DNA of 64,000 nucleotides from Octopus vulgaris (lineage: Eukaryota): the NCBI GenBank assembly GCA_951406725.2, contig OX597830.1:60512001-60576000 (forward strand), read 5' to 3'. A program made the position numbers and the translations under genes. Below, piece by piece: positions 1 to 14,122 of the stretch; position 1 is the first letter of the stretch; each line of letters begins with the position of its first letter. The notes below the pieces were generated by a model, which saw only the letters and a program-made list of their open reading frames with translations, was not told the DNA's origin and ran no database searches.

Positions 1-854
1 CTATTTCACAGATGCTCCCAGGATATATGTCAAGAAATCGTGCGCTCTTCATCGGATAACAGAGCTGCAACATCACTTTGTGACTATAGCGAGATGTAAG
101 CTATCAGAAAGTGTCATTCTTTATAGTAAGCTGTTTTATTGGGAATTTGAGCAGTCAAATCGTGACCATCCTGTCTTTTAGGACTGTCTATACCTACATT
201 ATCTCATGCACTCGAATCTTTATTTTATTTAACATAATAGGTGCCGATTTAAGGTACATTTGGTTGCATTTCCATCAGGTCAACTAACCACGTATAGGGA
301 CCAATGTGGTTTATCTTCTGGAGTTAGTCAGTAAGTCAAACTTTATGCTGTCTTGTAACATAAAAACAGTTACAACTGTAATACCTACAACGATAATAGA
401 AATATCAAAAGTCTACCAACCAACTCTCTTGAAGATATCACCTCAAAACTGATATATCTTCGTTCTCAATGTAAGCTTTGCGACAAGACTCATGCAACTT
501 AAACTTCAGGGCCCCTAATCTCGGAAGAGCCCCAGAAATAGCCTTATTTTAATGAATGAATCTCTCTACATCAGGTTTAACAGTGTTTATAAAAAATCTC
601 CATCTAATATAGTGCAGCAAAGTCGTAATTTTACTAATATATTTTTCTTCTTCTAAAGAATAAAGAATGAAAATAGAAAAAGAAATGAATGTTTAAATCA
701 AGGGCAGTAAAATTCTCGAGGAAACCGAATATACAGCCAAAAATGCCTGGAACTGAATAAAAAGAAGAACAGCAGCAACAATAACAAAAGCAAAAACCAA
801 AAACAGTGCTGAAAAAATGCAGTACACAAATTATATTTAACTCTTTCTTTCTCC

Positions 855-857
<3 letters not shown>

Positions 858-940
<83 letters not shown>
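858..940. repeat. (GT)n microsatellite
   Basis: Pure GT dinucleotide run; it explains the HTHT/VCVC ORFs. Confidence 0.97.
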
Positions 941-942
<2 letters not shown>

Positions 943-1479
943 TGACATTCTCAAAACCCTTTTTTTTTTTCATTTAAAATTTACATTAAAGGTAAGAAAT
1001 CTTTCATATTTTCCAAAATTGCCAAACACCTTTTGCAGATCAAGTCTATGAGAAAATTCACTGAATCGTCTTTGTTTTCTTTTACTCTGATTATTTTAGT
1101 TTCTTTTACCTTTTTTGTAAAGTATTTTATGTTTTCTTTTGTTTCAGTTAAAAAGTTTTTGTATTTAATTCAAATTCGAATAGTTTTACTATTTCGAATT
1201 TTAAAATGTTTCTTTCATTTTTACATTTTTCGTCAATCAATCGTTAATGATTTAGAATAATTAAGTGTTACAATAAAATAGTGATTCTTTAAACAACAGA
1301 AAGAGGAATACTCGATTAGGAATATTTTGATGATGTACTTTATTCTGAAACTTTGCCTTAAAATTGTTCTGAAGTGCCAACTCAGAAAGTTTTGAAGTCC
1401 ACTCTCTAGCACCTGGTAACGGGTCTGCTTATATTCTAAAAAATTTAGCGTGTCTAAATATATTTTGGCAATTCCAGAG

Positions 1480-2873
1480 AAATACAATTAGCGCGAGTTC
1501 TTGGTTTTCTTAGCTCTTATTTAGAATGAGTGACGGAGCAACTTCGCTGATACTCTGTTATTGTTGACTACGCTTCACCTGATATATGTTGACCAGCTGG
1601 TAATTATGGTTCAATACTGTTATAATGGAAAACCCTACAAGAAATTTTAAACATTTTCATTAATAGAAAAGCATTCATTCACGACTATATTTAACACGAT
1701 ACAAGTTCTAAAATATCTGTACCGTGTCTGTTTACCTCAACTTTGCTGGAGGAAAAGGCTAGATCTGCTATACATGAAGAAATTAAATATTTTTTAATTG
1801 TGCAGGAGCTGTGTTTTCTTTCTTGAACGGGAGATACAAAACAAGCTGGACAAAATGATTTTTCTCTGAAGAGCCCAATTGTAACTGTGTAACTACGAAG
1901 AAATCAGGACAATGAAAAAAGGAAAAACAGGGATTTTTCAAACTCTCAACCATATTTTGTAAGGGAGTAACCTAAATGTAAACACGATACAAAGAATTTA
2001 AATTAGAAATTAGTAAAGTTGGAATATGCTATTTAAACAGTTATTTAGAAAGAAGTGTTGGCTTGCTTCAGCAAAACAATTAAGAAACTCCCAATTCTTG
2101 GTTTCAATGTATCTGAAGTTTACCTTCCGCTATTGTCTTTACTTTTAAGGAACTCCAAGAAAATTCAGCCAACAGTATTGCACACTGGATTAAATGCTTA
2201 GTTTGTATAAAGTTTGTATAAAGATACCACTGCAAGTTATTCTGATGCTTCTAAATGCATTGTTACCAAAAAAATTTCAAATGGAACAAGTGATAGTGAT
2301 TCTTTGAATAGATATGAGAAATTTAAAATAGAATCTCTAAATCACCTCTTTAACTTCTTATAATCAAATTACGTAAGAGGATTAACTTTGCAGATTGCAA
2401 AGTTCAAGTTCCTCCCAGAATTGGTAAACAATTCTGTAATTGATGAGGATTGAATTAAACTTCTGTCATATTACAAATATGATATTAACAATAAATTAGC
2501 AAATGAGTGTCATCAGTTCAGGGAATATTTGCATCTTAGAAAATCTCATAACACACAAGAAAACATGCCATCCAAAATGCAATGCACAGAAACTTTACAG
2601 TTTATTTATGAGCAACACCATCTTGAAATGTTCCCTAATATTACTACTTCACTTAAGCTCATGTCTATCATGAGCTATGAATCTGAAAGGAATCTCTCAT
2701 TTTTTTTTATGAAGAAAAAAGTTCGGTCTACCATTACTGAAGAGCGCTTAAATTCTCTACCCATATTGTCTCCAGAAAATGGCATTCAACAAAGCTCTCA
2801 TGTAACAAAACTTTGCATGAAAGAAAAAGACAGGAAATGGAGTATTTTGCAAGATGGGCTTCATGTAGTATGA
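1480..2873 (+). mobile_element. Degenerate hAT-superfamily (ZMYM1-like) transposase relic
   Basis: Near 1550-1650 the frameshifted translation YSVIVDYASPDI/VDQLVIMVQYCYNGKPYKKF resembles the hAT FSIIxDETxDxSxxEQLSIxxRY region. ORF 2529-2873 has MFPNITTSLKL...ESERNLS...RSTITEERLNSLPILSPEN, matching the hAT C-terminal dimerisation motif (FPN...SERSFS...RSTMxxERLNxLxxLxIE). Many stops and frameshifts. Confidence 0.72.
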
Positions 2874-3222
2874 GTCCCTATAAGTTTTTAAAACGAAAGT
2901 TTATATTAACCCTGGTTTTCGTTATGAATATAAATAAAACCTTGTTTTCATTCCCCTATAAATAGAAAACTATAAGGTTTAGGGAACTTTTATTCAGTGT
3001 CTTCTATATGTGAAAATCTCAGAACAGCAAAAGAAATCAAAATCTGAAAGTACTAATGAGATTTCATTTTTAAATTAATAGTGCTGAAGATAACAGTGGT
3101 TACCTTGAGTTCGATTCTGGTAGAAAGGGACTCACTGCAAGTCCTCATTTTAAAGAACTTCCCTCAATAACACTGGTTCGCGCCCCTTGGACCTTTGGGA
3201 ATTGTAGTAAAGCCTTTCAGAC

Positions 3223-3325
3223 CTTACTGGATATTACCTTATTGTTACTGGTTACCCTATTGTTGCTGGTTACCATCTTGTCGCTGGTTACCCTACTGTT
3301 GCTGGTTGCCCTTACTGTCGCTAGT
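3223..3325. repeat. Degenerate 18-bp minisatellite (GGTTACCCTAYTGTTGCT-like, about 5 units)
   Basis: Repeated ggttaccctattgttgct / ggttaccatcttgtcgct / ggttaccctactgttgct; it produces the LLVTLL ORF. Confidence 0.8.
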
Positions 3326-4954
3326 TTTGATGGTGGTCCTATAACAATTCAAGCTTCAGGACATCAAAGTATAGGTCCGCCACTGCTCACAGTACCAATA
3401 TATCAGACATTTACACGAAGAAAATTGTCCTTTACCGAGAAGATCGTGTCTTATGTAACTGTTGAACTACTGAGAGAGGTTGATTGCTTTACAACTCTAC
3501 ATTGTCGAATAAGGAATGAAGAAGGTAAATGGCATGCAATAAATTATACCTGAACGAACTTAAAAGCTTGTAGCAAACATTGAAAGGGAAAGATTTGCTT
3601 TTAGGCCATCAAGTGCTGTGCTGTAATATATGGTCAGTTTGATTTTATGTCGTGACACCGGCTTCTTTCTTCTTTCTTTGTGTTTGCCTGTTGTTGGTTG
3701 TTGTTTGGCATTAAATGGGCTTCACTCCTGGTCCACCTGAGATCGCTGAACGGATGACTGATACAATTTCTTTGCCATCATTTCCAAGAATTGAAGCACG
3801 TAACCGCCAAACCTTTTAAGTGTGTCTCACGCATCTGCGCTGAAGCTCATGTACGAAGAATACTGGAGAATATATGAAGAAAAATACGCCAAAACTCACC
3901 AACTGAGGCGTTCACTCGCCAACAAAAAGCATAACCATACAACAGCAGCAGCAGCAGCAGTAGCAACATCAGTGATAATGAAATCAAGAAGAACAATATC
4001 AACATCATAAAAACAACAACGTTGATAGCAGTAAGAAAATGAATTACAATAACAAAGATAATAACAGCAATACAAACAATAGAAGGCATGCTTTGATTGA
4101 AATTAGAAATGCCATGTTCAGTGTCACGTGAAATCGTGATTGAGATATGAGAGATTGATGCAGTTAGAGAGGAGGAGGAGGAGGAGAGGGAGGAGGAGAT
4201 GGAGGAGGAGGGGCAGATGGTAGTGATCGGTTGGTGAGAACTGGTGGTGGTGGATCAGGAGGAGTAGGAGGGCGAAGGAGGAGGAGAGGATGTGAATTTC
4301 AGTTCTAATTACAAATAAATTGGAAACATATTACTGCGATTGAACCACTGCTAGCACAACAACAACAACAACAACAACAACCACAATCACTTCAACATCT
4401 ACCACCACCACCACCACCTCAACTACTTGCGCACAACACTAATTATTCGGTCGTTTTCTATTTCCCTAATTGACAGTTTTTGTTGTATTTCTCGCTTGTT
4501 TCTCTTCTATTTGTCAATCACTCTCTGACGTTTTATTCATGTCTATACACACGGTGTACGTGTTTGTAGACACACCTATCAACTCTCTGATTGTGTCTTG
4601 TATGAGAGCGTGTATTGCTGTAGGTATCTTAAAATGCATCTGAGCTCAAGTACGTGCAATTGTCTTTGAGCTCATATACTGCCTGCCAGTTTAAATAAGT
4701 TTAATCTATCCATTTCATCAACCGACTCATTCAGGTATACTCCCACATTGACTTCAATTACAACTTTTCCGCATTTTATAGACCTACCGACTGAAATACA
4801 TACTCGAACCGCCATGTATTGACGAAAGCAAGTTCTTAAAAAGTTGGCCACTCCAATATGAGTTCCTATCATTATCAAATCTCTCAATGTAAGTGTAACC
4901 AAAAATTATGTTCCATTCCACCTTCTCTGACTAAAGGTTACAAATTTTGTCACA

Positions 4955-5143
4955 GGGCCGGTAATTTCGTGAGAGAGAATAAGTTAATTACATCGACCCC
5001 AGTACTCAAATGGCACTTATTTTATCGACCTCGAAAGGATGAAAAGCAAAGTCAACCTCGGCAGAATTTGAACTCAGAACAAAAATACGGACGAAATGCC
5101 GCAAAGCACTTTGGCCGGGGTGCTAACGATTCTTCCCAATCAC
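4955..5143 (-). mobile_element. SINE group C copy (tRNA-derived head plus GCCTTTCATCCTTTCGGGGTCGATAAA central domain)
   Basis: Reverse complement aligns to the copy at 31093. Confidence 0.8.
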
Positions 5144-5159
5144 TTTTGTTCATATCTAG

Positions 5160-6540
5160 TTTCTTCGGGTTTTCCTTCACACAGTCTTTATACCTTTTCC
5201 TCGGCTCATGCTGTGGTCACTTACCAGAGTTGAGCTCACCATAAAAAAGGACGCTTTGGCAATCGCTCATCTTTCATTCTAATAACATGTCCGACCCATC
5301 TCGTTTGAGACAAGATAACATGTTAAATTGAGCTACAACGTACCATGTGCAGAACTTCTGTATCCGGTATAAAGCATTCCCACTTGACTCCCAAGATACG
5401 TTTGAGGCACTTTTGATGAAATCTCACTGGCATTTTTATATGACACCTGTAAGTGGTCCACGTCTCACTCGACTACAGAAGTGCAATCAATACACACGTT
5501 TTGCAGACACTGGTCTTTGTCCGCAGGGAAATACTTCTATCTGCCCATACTCGCTTTTCGAGCTTTCCAAATGTATCACTTCCCTTCCCTATTCGATAGA
5601 TATCTCTGCATCAAGACTACCATCTCTTCACAGTGTGCTTCCAAAGTAAACAAAGGTGTCAATGACTTCTAATATTGTTCCATTCGCAAAAATGTTTAGT
5701 TCAGAAAATGTTTGTCCTGGCGCAACAGTAAACATTACTTTGGTTTTCCCAAGACTAATTGTGAGTCGGAAATGTACACATGCAGTGGAAAATCTGACCA
5801 TCCCCCCTCTGAGTGTGCCAACAAATCAGCATCATCAGTATAAAGTAATTCTCTTACAAGTGTTTTGAAAGTCTTTGCTTTGCAGTTAAACCGGGTCAAA
5901 TTTAAAATGCGACCAGATATCCAAAATCTGATTCTGCTTACCCTCGTGCAGGGGCAGGAATATCTCTCTGTTTGACAATGTTGTCCACCGAAAATTCATG
6001 AGATAGCTCACCATTAAAGATTTTATGTTTCTGTGTAGTTTCTTAAAGATGCTCACAACATATGTTGGACAACCAAGTTTACACAAAACAATTCACTGTG
6101 CCTCCCTGTTTACCGCGTTAAGTGCCTTAGTTAAAACTATGAAGAGCTGGTGTAGTGGCATTTGTTCCTCTACACATTTCTCTTGAACCTGCCTCGCAGA
6201 AAATATCATGTCCGTTGTTCCTCAGTTAGGTATGGAACGACACGGTTCTTCAGAAATCACATGTGGGCACGCATTCTAAACAGACGATCTAACATGATCC
6301 TTGAAAGTATCTTCCCGGTATGTGCCAGGTGGGTTATCCCTCTAGAATTGCCACACTACTTTTGGGCCCTTACCCTTGTATACAGAGATTAGAGTGCCAT
6401 TTATCCATTCCTGGGGCACAGAAGATTAACTTCAAACTCGAGTTATCAGGCTACGAATTTCAAATGAAATATGATCACCCGCTTTCAGAATTTCGTCTAG
6501 AAAACCATCCAATTCAGGAGAGCTTTACCTGATCTCAGTT
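5160..6540 (-). mobile_element. RTE-clade LINE ORF relic (RT and C-terminal region)
   Basis: Minus-strand fragments CGNSRGITHLAHTGKILSRIMLDRL, QEKCVEEQMPLHQLFIVLTKALNAVNRE...LCKLGCP and QTRWVGHVIRMKDERLPKRPFYGEL...RKRYKD match RTE/BovB-type motifs. Confidence 0.85.
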
Positions 6541-6605
6541 TATATAACGCCAGATTTACTTCTTCAATGGAAGTTGTATCATCCATGTGGTGCACTGTCT
6601 CTCTT

Positions 6606-6675
<70 letters not shown>

Positions 6676-6699
6676 ATTTCTATCTTATATATATTGGTC

Positions 6700-6970
6700 T
6701 TGTGTCAGCTAGTCTCTGAATCTGATAAGCTGTCCACAAGGTTATGGCTTTTGTGGATCTGAAACCTTTGATATTTAAACCACCTGATGAATGACTGTAA
6801 CTTGAAAATTTAAAGAAATTAACAGCCATGAAACGATCGTAGTGATATATTAATTATATTTTTTTTATAATTTTGTTATATATTTAAATAATATAAATTA
6901 AATAATCTTATGTATTGGCTTAAGTTTTCCATTGTATGGTTTGCCTAATAGTGGTTTTATCTCTAATTTA

Positions 6971-6975
<5 letters not shown>
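6700..6975 (+). mobile_element. Putative PLE terminal-repeat (pLTR) fragment ending in (TA)n
   Basis: Carries the hammerhead. Its distal ~115 bp recur at 17570-17692, and both copies run into (TA)n. Confidence 0.55.
6781..6844 (+). ncRNA. Type I hammerhead ribozyme motif (intact core)
   Basis: cac-CTGATGA-atgactgt...acagccat-GAAA-cgatcg-TA-gtg: stem I cac/gtg, stem II atgactgt/acagccat (one mismatch), palindromic stem III. Confidence 0.75.
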
Positions 6976-7042
<67 letters not shown>

Positions 7043-7260
7043 TATACATATATTTTTATATACATATATATACATATATACATACATACATGTATATATA
7101 CATACATTTATATATATTCATGCATACATGCATATACACATACATACATACATACATACATACATACATACATACATACAAATGCATACATACATACATA
7201 CATACATACATACATACATTCATACATACATATGCATACATATATATATACATAAACATA
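6975..7260. repeat. (TA)n/(TACA)n compound microsatellite
   Basis: Seen directly. Confidence 0.95.
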
Positions 7261-8458
7261 TTCATTATCATTTAGTTGTCCGTAAGTCAGAAATAGATGG
7301 ACAGTCAGTACCAGTAATAGAGTGGTATATTATTATATCATCAGACAATATATTATTGGTTGTGGTATATAATTGGTGACATTGTTAGCATTGGTTTTGT
7401 AGTGAATATTGCAACAAGACAATATGGACGTGTTTTTAGACATGCTGACCGGAAGCACATTGTTTCTTTAGCGATAGAGACACATAGACTCTAGTTTAAC
7501 TTCAAAGTAGCAAAAAGGTGAAACGATGTTTCAGTGGGGGGGGGGGAATTGATGGGGAATTGAAGAACTGAAAGAAATCGGAAGGAAAAAAGGAAAAGTT
7601 ATGTTCTATGAACTAATATTCAAGGTCAGTTCCCGAAAAAGATGTCAGAGAGATGATAATGATAATAGTAATGGTATTGATGCATATCATGACAAAAGAA
7701 CCAAATATTGGTGGTTATTAAAGGAGGCAATGAAGGACGAAAAGAAGTGAACCATTTCTGCTCTACAGGTCATTTATTACAACACCTGTCTGTGTTCGGA
7801 TTACCTGTACAAAGGGGCCATCCGGACTCCCGCTTCGCCATAAACAGGATTTAATCTTCTTTCTTCGCTTCTTTGCCCCACATGGGCTCAACTCCCCTCC
7901 TGTCCTCTCTTCATCTGACAGCTTCTTTCTCTCTTCAATCCTACCCATCTCGCCTCTCCTCGCTTACCCTGATACCTACTTCCTCTCTCTCCTACCCACC
8001 TTCTCTCTTCATTGATACCCTTTCCATCCACACACCCACACCCACACATCCCACTCTCACATACCCCACCCCACCCCGCATCTCTACTCCACATCCCCTC
8101 GCAAAACACACACCCCATCCTCACATCTCCACGCCGCCACACCACACACCACCACACCACACCACCACACGCCACCACACCACACACCACCACACCACAT
8201 TACACTACTCCACATCACTCCACATACACTAGCACTTCCCAGCACCCACACCACACACCATCATCCACACATTTACAAATTACAGACGCACACACACATG
8301 CAAACATCCACACGTGAAAGTCAGTAGTGCCTATCCACACGCACACACTTACACGCTCACACATACATACACACACGCACACCGTTTTGGGATCTCCAGT
8401 ACTTCATCATCTCCCCTTCTTCCTAACTCTCCTGTCCAACTACATTTTTACAACCAGT

Positions 8459-8652
8459 CGCCATGATTGACTGATAAATCCACAAGTTTTTTTTTTATAT
8501 TCTCTCTCTATTTCCTCATATTCCTTTCTGTTGAAGAGCGTCGGCTCGAAACGTAAAAGATTTTCTCACCTTCCCGAGCGTCAAACTAATACACTTACGT
8601 GTTGTTTATACACCTGACTTCGTCTTTTGTTTTTCTGTAAATTTCAGCTATT
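8459..8652 (+). mobile_element. ~200-bp dispersed hammerhead-bearing element (family H), copy 1
   Basis: cttt-CTGTTGA-a-gagc-gtcg-gctc-GAAA-cg-TA-aaag at 8524-8559; homologous to copies at 41.2, 43.8, 47.5, 51.5 and 63.9 kb. Confidence 0.8.
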
Positions 8653-8778
8653 ATATATATAAGCTTCAAACACCATTCAGAAGCAAGACAGCTGTGACAT
8701 AGGTCACGTCTTTCTATATGAACTTTTTGAAAAGCTTTAACTATATCAATAAGAAAATATTTTAACTATTCTCAGTGC

Positions 8779-9150
8779 AAAGATTTTTGCCAACATAATA
8801 TGGCAGTTCTGGTTTAGGAAGGATGTTGCTGTAATTTGGCCCCAGGAGACATCGTCTCCAGCTAGCTATACGACACGATCTGAGTCCTTATATTTTCGAA
8901 CAAGGGAATCTAGCACCCCCTCCCCACTCAGCTCAAAACAATATCTGTGTATCGCGATTTTAGGGTTATTTCCCGATACACAGATATTGTTTTGAGCTGA
9001 GTGGGGAGGGGGGTGCTAGATTCCCTTGTTCGAAAATATAAGGACTCAGATCGTGTCGTATAGCCAGCTGGAGACGATGTCTCCTGGGGCCAAATTACAG
9101 CAACATCCTTCCTAAACCAGAACTGCCATATTATGTTGGCAAAAATCTTT
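8779..9150. mobile_element. Near-perfect long palindrome (fold-back or MITE-like element)
   Basis: Arms 8779-8954 and 8974-9150 (~176 bp) are reverse complements with one mismatch seen; 19-nt spacer. Confidence 0.9.
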
Positions 9151-9395
9151 TCTCCAAAGTACTGTTGCTGAATATCTCACTTGTGAGATTTAAAAATAGT
9201 AATTTTCCATTCTCAATTTTGCATTTTCAACTTCTATTTCTCCTATATTTCTACCTGTGGAATAAAATAACCTTTATATATGAATATATGTACTAGGCTT
9301 AAGAAATAATACCTGGGTTCGATTTGACGGCTAACATCCTTCAAAGCAGTGCTCCAGTAGGGCCGCAGTCGAACGACTGCAACAAGTAACAGAAT

Positions 9396-9409
9396 ATAGA
9401 CAGACAGAC

Positions 9410-9467
<58 letters not shown>

Positions 9468-9484
9468 GTAGGTAGGTAGGTAGG

Positions 9485-9581
<97 letters not shown>
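9396..9581. repeat. (GATA)n/(GGTA)n microsatellite following a SINE A 3' tail (about 9310-9395)
   Basis: Seen directly; the tail gtgctccagtagggccgcagtc...aacaagtaac matches the SINE A end. Confidence 0.9.
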
Positions 9582-9988
9582 TGACAGTCACGTTCCTATA
9601 CACAGGCCTAAGGAACGAAGCAGCATTTATAAGTGGTCTAACATAAAGCACCTTAGACGTCGTTCCATCCATCTTTAACTTATCAAGCAGCGTGTCTGAA
9701 CAGAAGGCAAATGAGTGCGAGAGAATTGATTGGGAAGAAACGGAATATAAGAACCGACGCTGACAGATTGCTAAGTAATTAATAGATTCTCAGCTGAAGT
9801 GCATGTGCAACACCTACAGAAAAAAAGCACACATCTGTATGCATGGAAGTGCAGAAATAGCGTGCAATTTAGTAAGAGTGCGTGAAGAACGTGAATTGTT
9901 GTATGCCTTGTGTAGGGGATACTCCGTAGCCATTACATATATCCCCCCTGTTTATTTCTAGCATTCTGTTGCTTCGGTTATTTTTATT

Positions 9989-10121
<133 letters not shown>

Positions 10122-10260
10122 GGTAAACGAGGTTACAGTATTTTTCTGAGAAATGCAGTTGCAAAAAATATTCGTGAAGTGTATACATGCGTATAACGTT
10201 GCCACACATAGACAAGCATAAATGTGGTATGTGTGTATGTATATGCACATACACACACAC

Positions 10261-10323
<63 letters not shown>

Positions 10324-10325
<2 letters not shown>

Positions 10326-10381
10326 TGAACTAATTTAAGCATATATGTATATGTTTGGATGTAAATAAACATATATACACA

Positions 10382-10439
<58 letters not shown>

Positions 10440-10493
10440 AACTAATTTAAGCATATATGTATATGTTTGGATGTAAATAAACATATATACACA

Positions 10494-10547
<54 letters not shown>

Positions 10548-10620
10548 AACTAATTTAAGCGTATATGTATACGTTTGGATGTAAATAAATATATATACAC
10601 ACTCACACACACACACACAG
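10324..10620. repeat. Three tandem ~110-bp units: ~57-bp unique core plus (CA)n
   Basis: catgaactaatttaagcRtatatgtataYgtttggatgtaaataaaYatatatacacact occurs three times, each followed by (CA)n. Confidence 0.9.
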
Positions 10621-11607
10621 ACATAATACATATATACATATACGAACGCAAATACATGTTCATGTATGTTTTCACATGTGTATATACACAATTTGTGTGC
10701 ACTGTGTGAGATAGATATTCACAAACACAGGCGCGTGCACTGGAATATTGCGAGATTAGATAACTGACAAAAATATCCAGTAGTGTCCCAAAGTCGAAGA
10801 CAGCATTGCAAGATCTGATCTCATATGGCACTATATTGTAATAAAAAGTAATGTAATTCTTGAAGATATTCCAAATTCTCTTTCCTTACTATAACAATGA
10901 TAACAACAACAAAGAGCTAGTCTCATGAAACCTGCTAGAAATAGCTGCCAAGTTTCACTTAAATCACACCCTAGCGCAGTATGAAAAGATACATTGGATA
11001 AGGATGTTCTAAAGACATTACGTCTGAACAAAAGAAAACTTGATTATAGTTTGAACGCTTTTGGCTATCGATCTGCCTGATCACGACGGACCTGGGGCAA
11101 ACTAATAAAAAGAATTACAACAACATCAACAGATCGACAACTACAATAACAACAGCAAATAGAAACAAAAAATAGCAACAGCAACCGTAGCGACAGTAGC
11201 AACGAGTACAACAAAATCTGCCTCAAGAAGTTCAACAGCAATAGTAGAACCAGCGGCAACGATATCAGCTACACGTCATGCTATTAAACCAATGAAAGAA
11301 CCTCTATAAGGTTTCTGATCTGCTATACATAGCAGCCAAATTTCGCCCCAACCACGCCCTTACATCTCAAAATAGCAAGGTGACTCTGAACAAAGTAGTT
11401 CTCTAAATATAAAAAGACAAGCCAATCATGATTAACGCGAGGGCTGGCTGAACAGCAAGGTAGTCCTCGGTACTCTGTGTTTTACAAATGATGGAATGGT
11501 TTAGATTCGAGCGAGTTTTGATCCTTTATATCAGCCAGTAAATCCCTTTTTTTTCGATGGTTTTGTAAGCAACAATACTCACAAGCACAACCCCATGACA
11601 ACTATAT

Positions 11608-12020
11608 CTCTTTTACTCTTTACTCTTTTACTCTTTTACTTGTTTCAGTCATTTGACTGCGGCCATGCTGGAGCACCGCCTTTAGTGGAGCAAATCGACC
11701 CCGGGACTTATTCTTTGTAAGCCCAGTACTTATTCTAGCGGTCTCTTTTTGCCGAACCGCTAAGTGACGGGGACATAAACATACCAGCATCGGTTGTCAA
11801 GCAATGCTGGGGGGACAAACACAGACACACAAACACACACACATACATATATATACATATATACGACAGGCTTCTTTCAGTTTCCGTCTACGAAATCCAC
11901 TCACAAGGCATTGGTCAGCCTGGGGCTATAGCAGAAGACACTTGCCCAAGGTGCCATGCGGTGGGACTGAACCCGGAACCATGTGGTTGGTTAGCAAGCT
12001 ACTTACCACATAGCCACTCC
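11608..12020 (-). mobile_element. SINE group A, near full length
   Basis: Reverse complement of the 19103-19535 copy: Pol III A/B-box head, CORE-like accttgggcaagtg, internal microsatellite, (AAGAGTA)n tail. Confidence 0.9.
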
Positions 12021-12612
12021 TTGATAAATGCAACTATACAAGCATATATGGTGGCTGCAAACTCATGTTCGACTATTGCCATCACTTGATCGAAGGTCTC
12101 ACCTACTACGACCAGCCATTTTTGTGATAGGCCTTTCATTTTTTCAAGCGATACCTGTGCATGATATTTTTTTATTGTGGAAAAAGGATTTGCACAAATC
12201 CAATCCCACTCTCTGAACCTGGATAACATAAACTCGAAAACAAGAACTAGTCTACATCATCGAATATTGTCAGTGTTGCAGGTTTTCTTTCAGAGTTTCC
12301 CCCTCCTAGACAGATGTTGTGACAACAACAGAGGGGCCTTCCAGTGGGCCAGCCGCGCCCCTCGACACCAACCCAGGAATTTCCACATCCCTGTGCATAC
12401 ATACATACATACATACATACATACATACATACACACGTACATATATTGTTGGATAACCGTTGACTGCTCATGAGCTCTTCCGCCTTCCGACAGGTCTTAC
12501 TTTTTGTCCTGCAGGGTGTCCAACAATCACCCTCCTCACCCCAGTTTAGTCACTGACGACCCGACCATCTAGTAGGTTCGCTTAAGAGCGACCTGACACA
12601 CATACACATATT

Positions 12613-12659
<47 letters not shown>

Positions 12660-12803
12660 TTTTGCTCGAAATGAGGAGTTGACAGACAGCCGACGACTGA
12701 TGTAGGGTCGTTCTCTGTAACTTGTCCTGCTTTCCATTTTTTCTCTCGTTGTTTTTTACACAGTTGGGTGACGTCCTGTACCCATATATGCATATGTGTA
12801 TAC

Positions 12804-12870
<67 letters not shown>

Positions 12871-12908
12871 AAATGAAATAAAATGAAAAACAGGACACAA
12901 AGGCTGTC

Positions 12909-13001
12909 GCGGTACACATGTTTCGAGCTTTATAAAACAACTTATTCTTACATCAATGCATAATCGACATAACAGATAGCTTAACAGCCCTCTTCAGCCG
13001 C
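12909..13001 (-). ncRNA. Type I hammerhead ribozyme motif (intact core, long loop II)
   Basis: Minus strand gcgg-CTGAAGA-gggct...agctc-GAAA-catgtg-TA-ccgc; lies in a ~170-bp segment between two (TA)n tracts. Confidence 0.78.
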
Positions 13002-13041
13002 ATGCAATTGCTACACCAAAGATTTGTATCACATTATGATA

Positions 13042-13102
<61 letters not shown>

Positions 13103-14122
13103 TGTATTCTATCAGTGATAATACAGTCACTCTTTGTGTTTAATAATATGTATGTATGTATTTATCTATTTTTTGTATTACTTTATTAGTTTCCATTATT
13201 GGACTACAGTCAAGCTTGGGCACCGCCCTCAAGGGTTTCAATCGATTATGTTCGCTCCAGTACTTATCTCAGCAATATATAATTATGGAATGGCTTAATA
13301 TTACCTTTTCGATGAAAAGTTTTCTAATTTTGACGTACTGGTTTTCACTAGAATATAAGCAAACATAGACATTCAGAGATTAACATCAACATTCAGAAAG
13401 TGGTATTCCGAGTCAATTCTTTACTTGCCAATTACAACTAGTTCGTCCAAAGCAAATGTATATTTCTGTCATTTACTCGAGTATCGGGACAATGAAAGAT
13501 ATGGCACTGCTGAAGACCTCACTTCAGTCAGTCTTTATCTTTTTTAATCCGTGCGCCGTGCTTTAAGAGCGACAGCCGCCACCGGTTGTTAAAAACTGCG
13601 TCTCCGAAACCTCCTGATTGTGATTCCACCCAGACGCTCGCATATCGGCAACTGGGTGCCACTGACGACAAAGACCCCTTCATTCAGTCTTAATCAATAA
13701 GGGACATGATTTGGCCCCAATCAAGCGATAACGCCACATTTTCCCATCCTTTGCATTCTCACACAATAAAGGACAAAACCAGAAATCTTAAATTATTCTA
13801 CATTCTTCCCAACTTATGAGCTTCTAGAACTTCAATTCTTTATAAAATATTAATGTCTCTTATTTTAAGTCCTCAAGTTTAGTCAACCAGTATTTATTAG
13901 TCACAGTAAGGATTATCTATTCAACAAAGGAAAATCTCAAGATTTTAGCGATATGTCAGCAAAATACCGAGTCGGTAAGGTGTTTGGAACCTTACTGAAG
14001 ATTCATGAGGTCGTATCTTCCGCTAGTTGTATGTAGTTGTGTTTGAATATAACACCTTATTCTAGATTATTCTACTTGAGTTGTCAGATATAAGAAATAT
14101 TTGGCAATATTATCGATCTAAA

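Noticed and set aside
150-310. Old dispersed repeat also suggested near 11300-11520, 14590-14650 and 62150-62300
   Set aside because: Similarity is visible but too diverged to set boundaries or class by eye.
8955-8973. TTAGGG in the loop of the large palindrome as a telomeric signal
   Set aside because: Only about 1.5 units and absent from the related 14.8-kb palindrome; compatible with chance.
10324-10620. CRISPR-like repeat-spacer appearance
   Set aside because: Spacers are (CA)n, repeats are ~57 bp, there are no cas genes and the context is eukaryotic.
12455-12600. Twister-like ribozyme in an RTE-5'UTR-like GC-rich segment (minus strand ...gaggagggtg)
   Set aside because: The conserved L4 and pseudoknot bases and the 5' UAA segment could not be found; the CTGACGA on the plus strand has no GAAA partner.
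12690-12730. Hammerhead-like CTGATGT...GTAActtGTC
   Set aside because: Two core changes and no stem I pairing.
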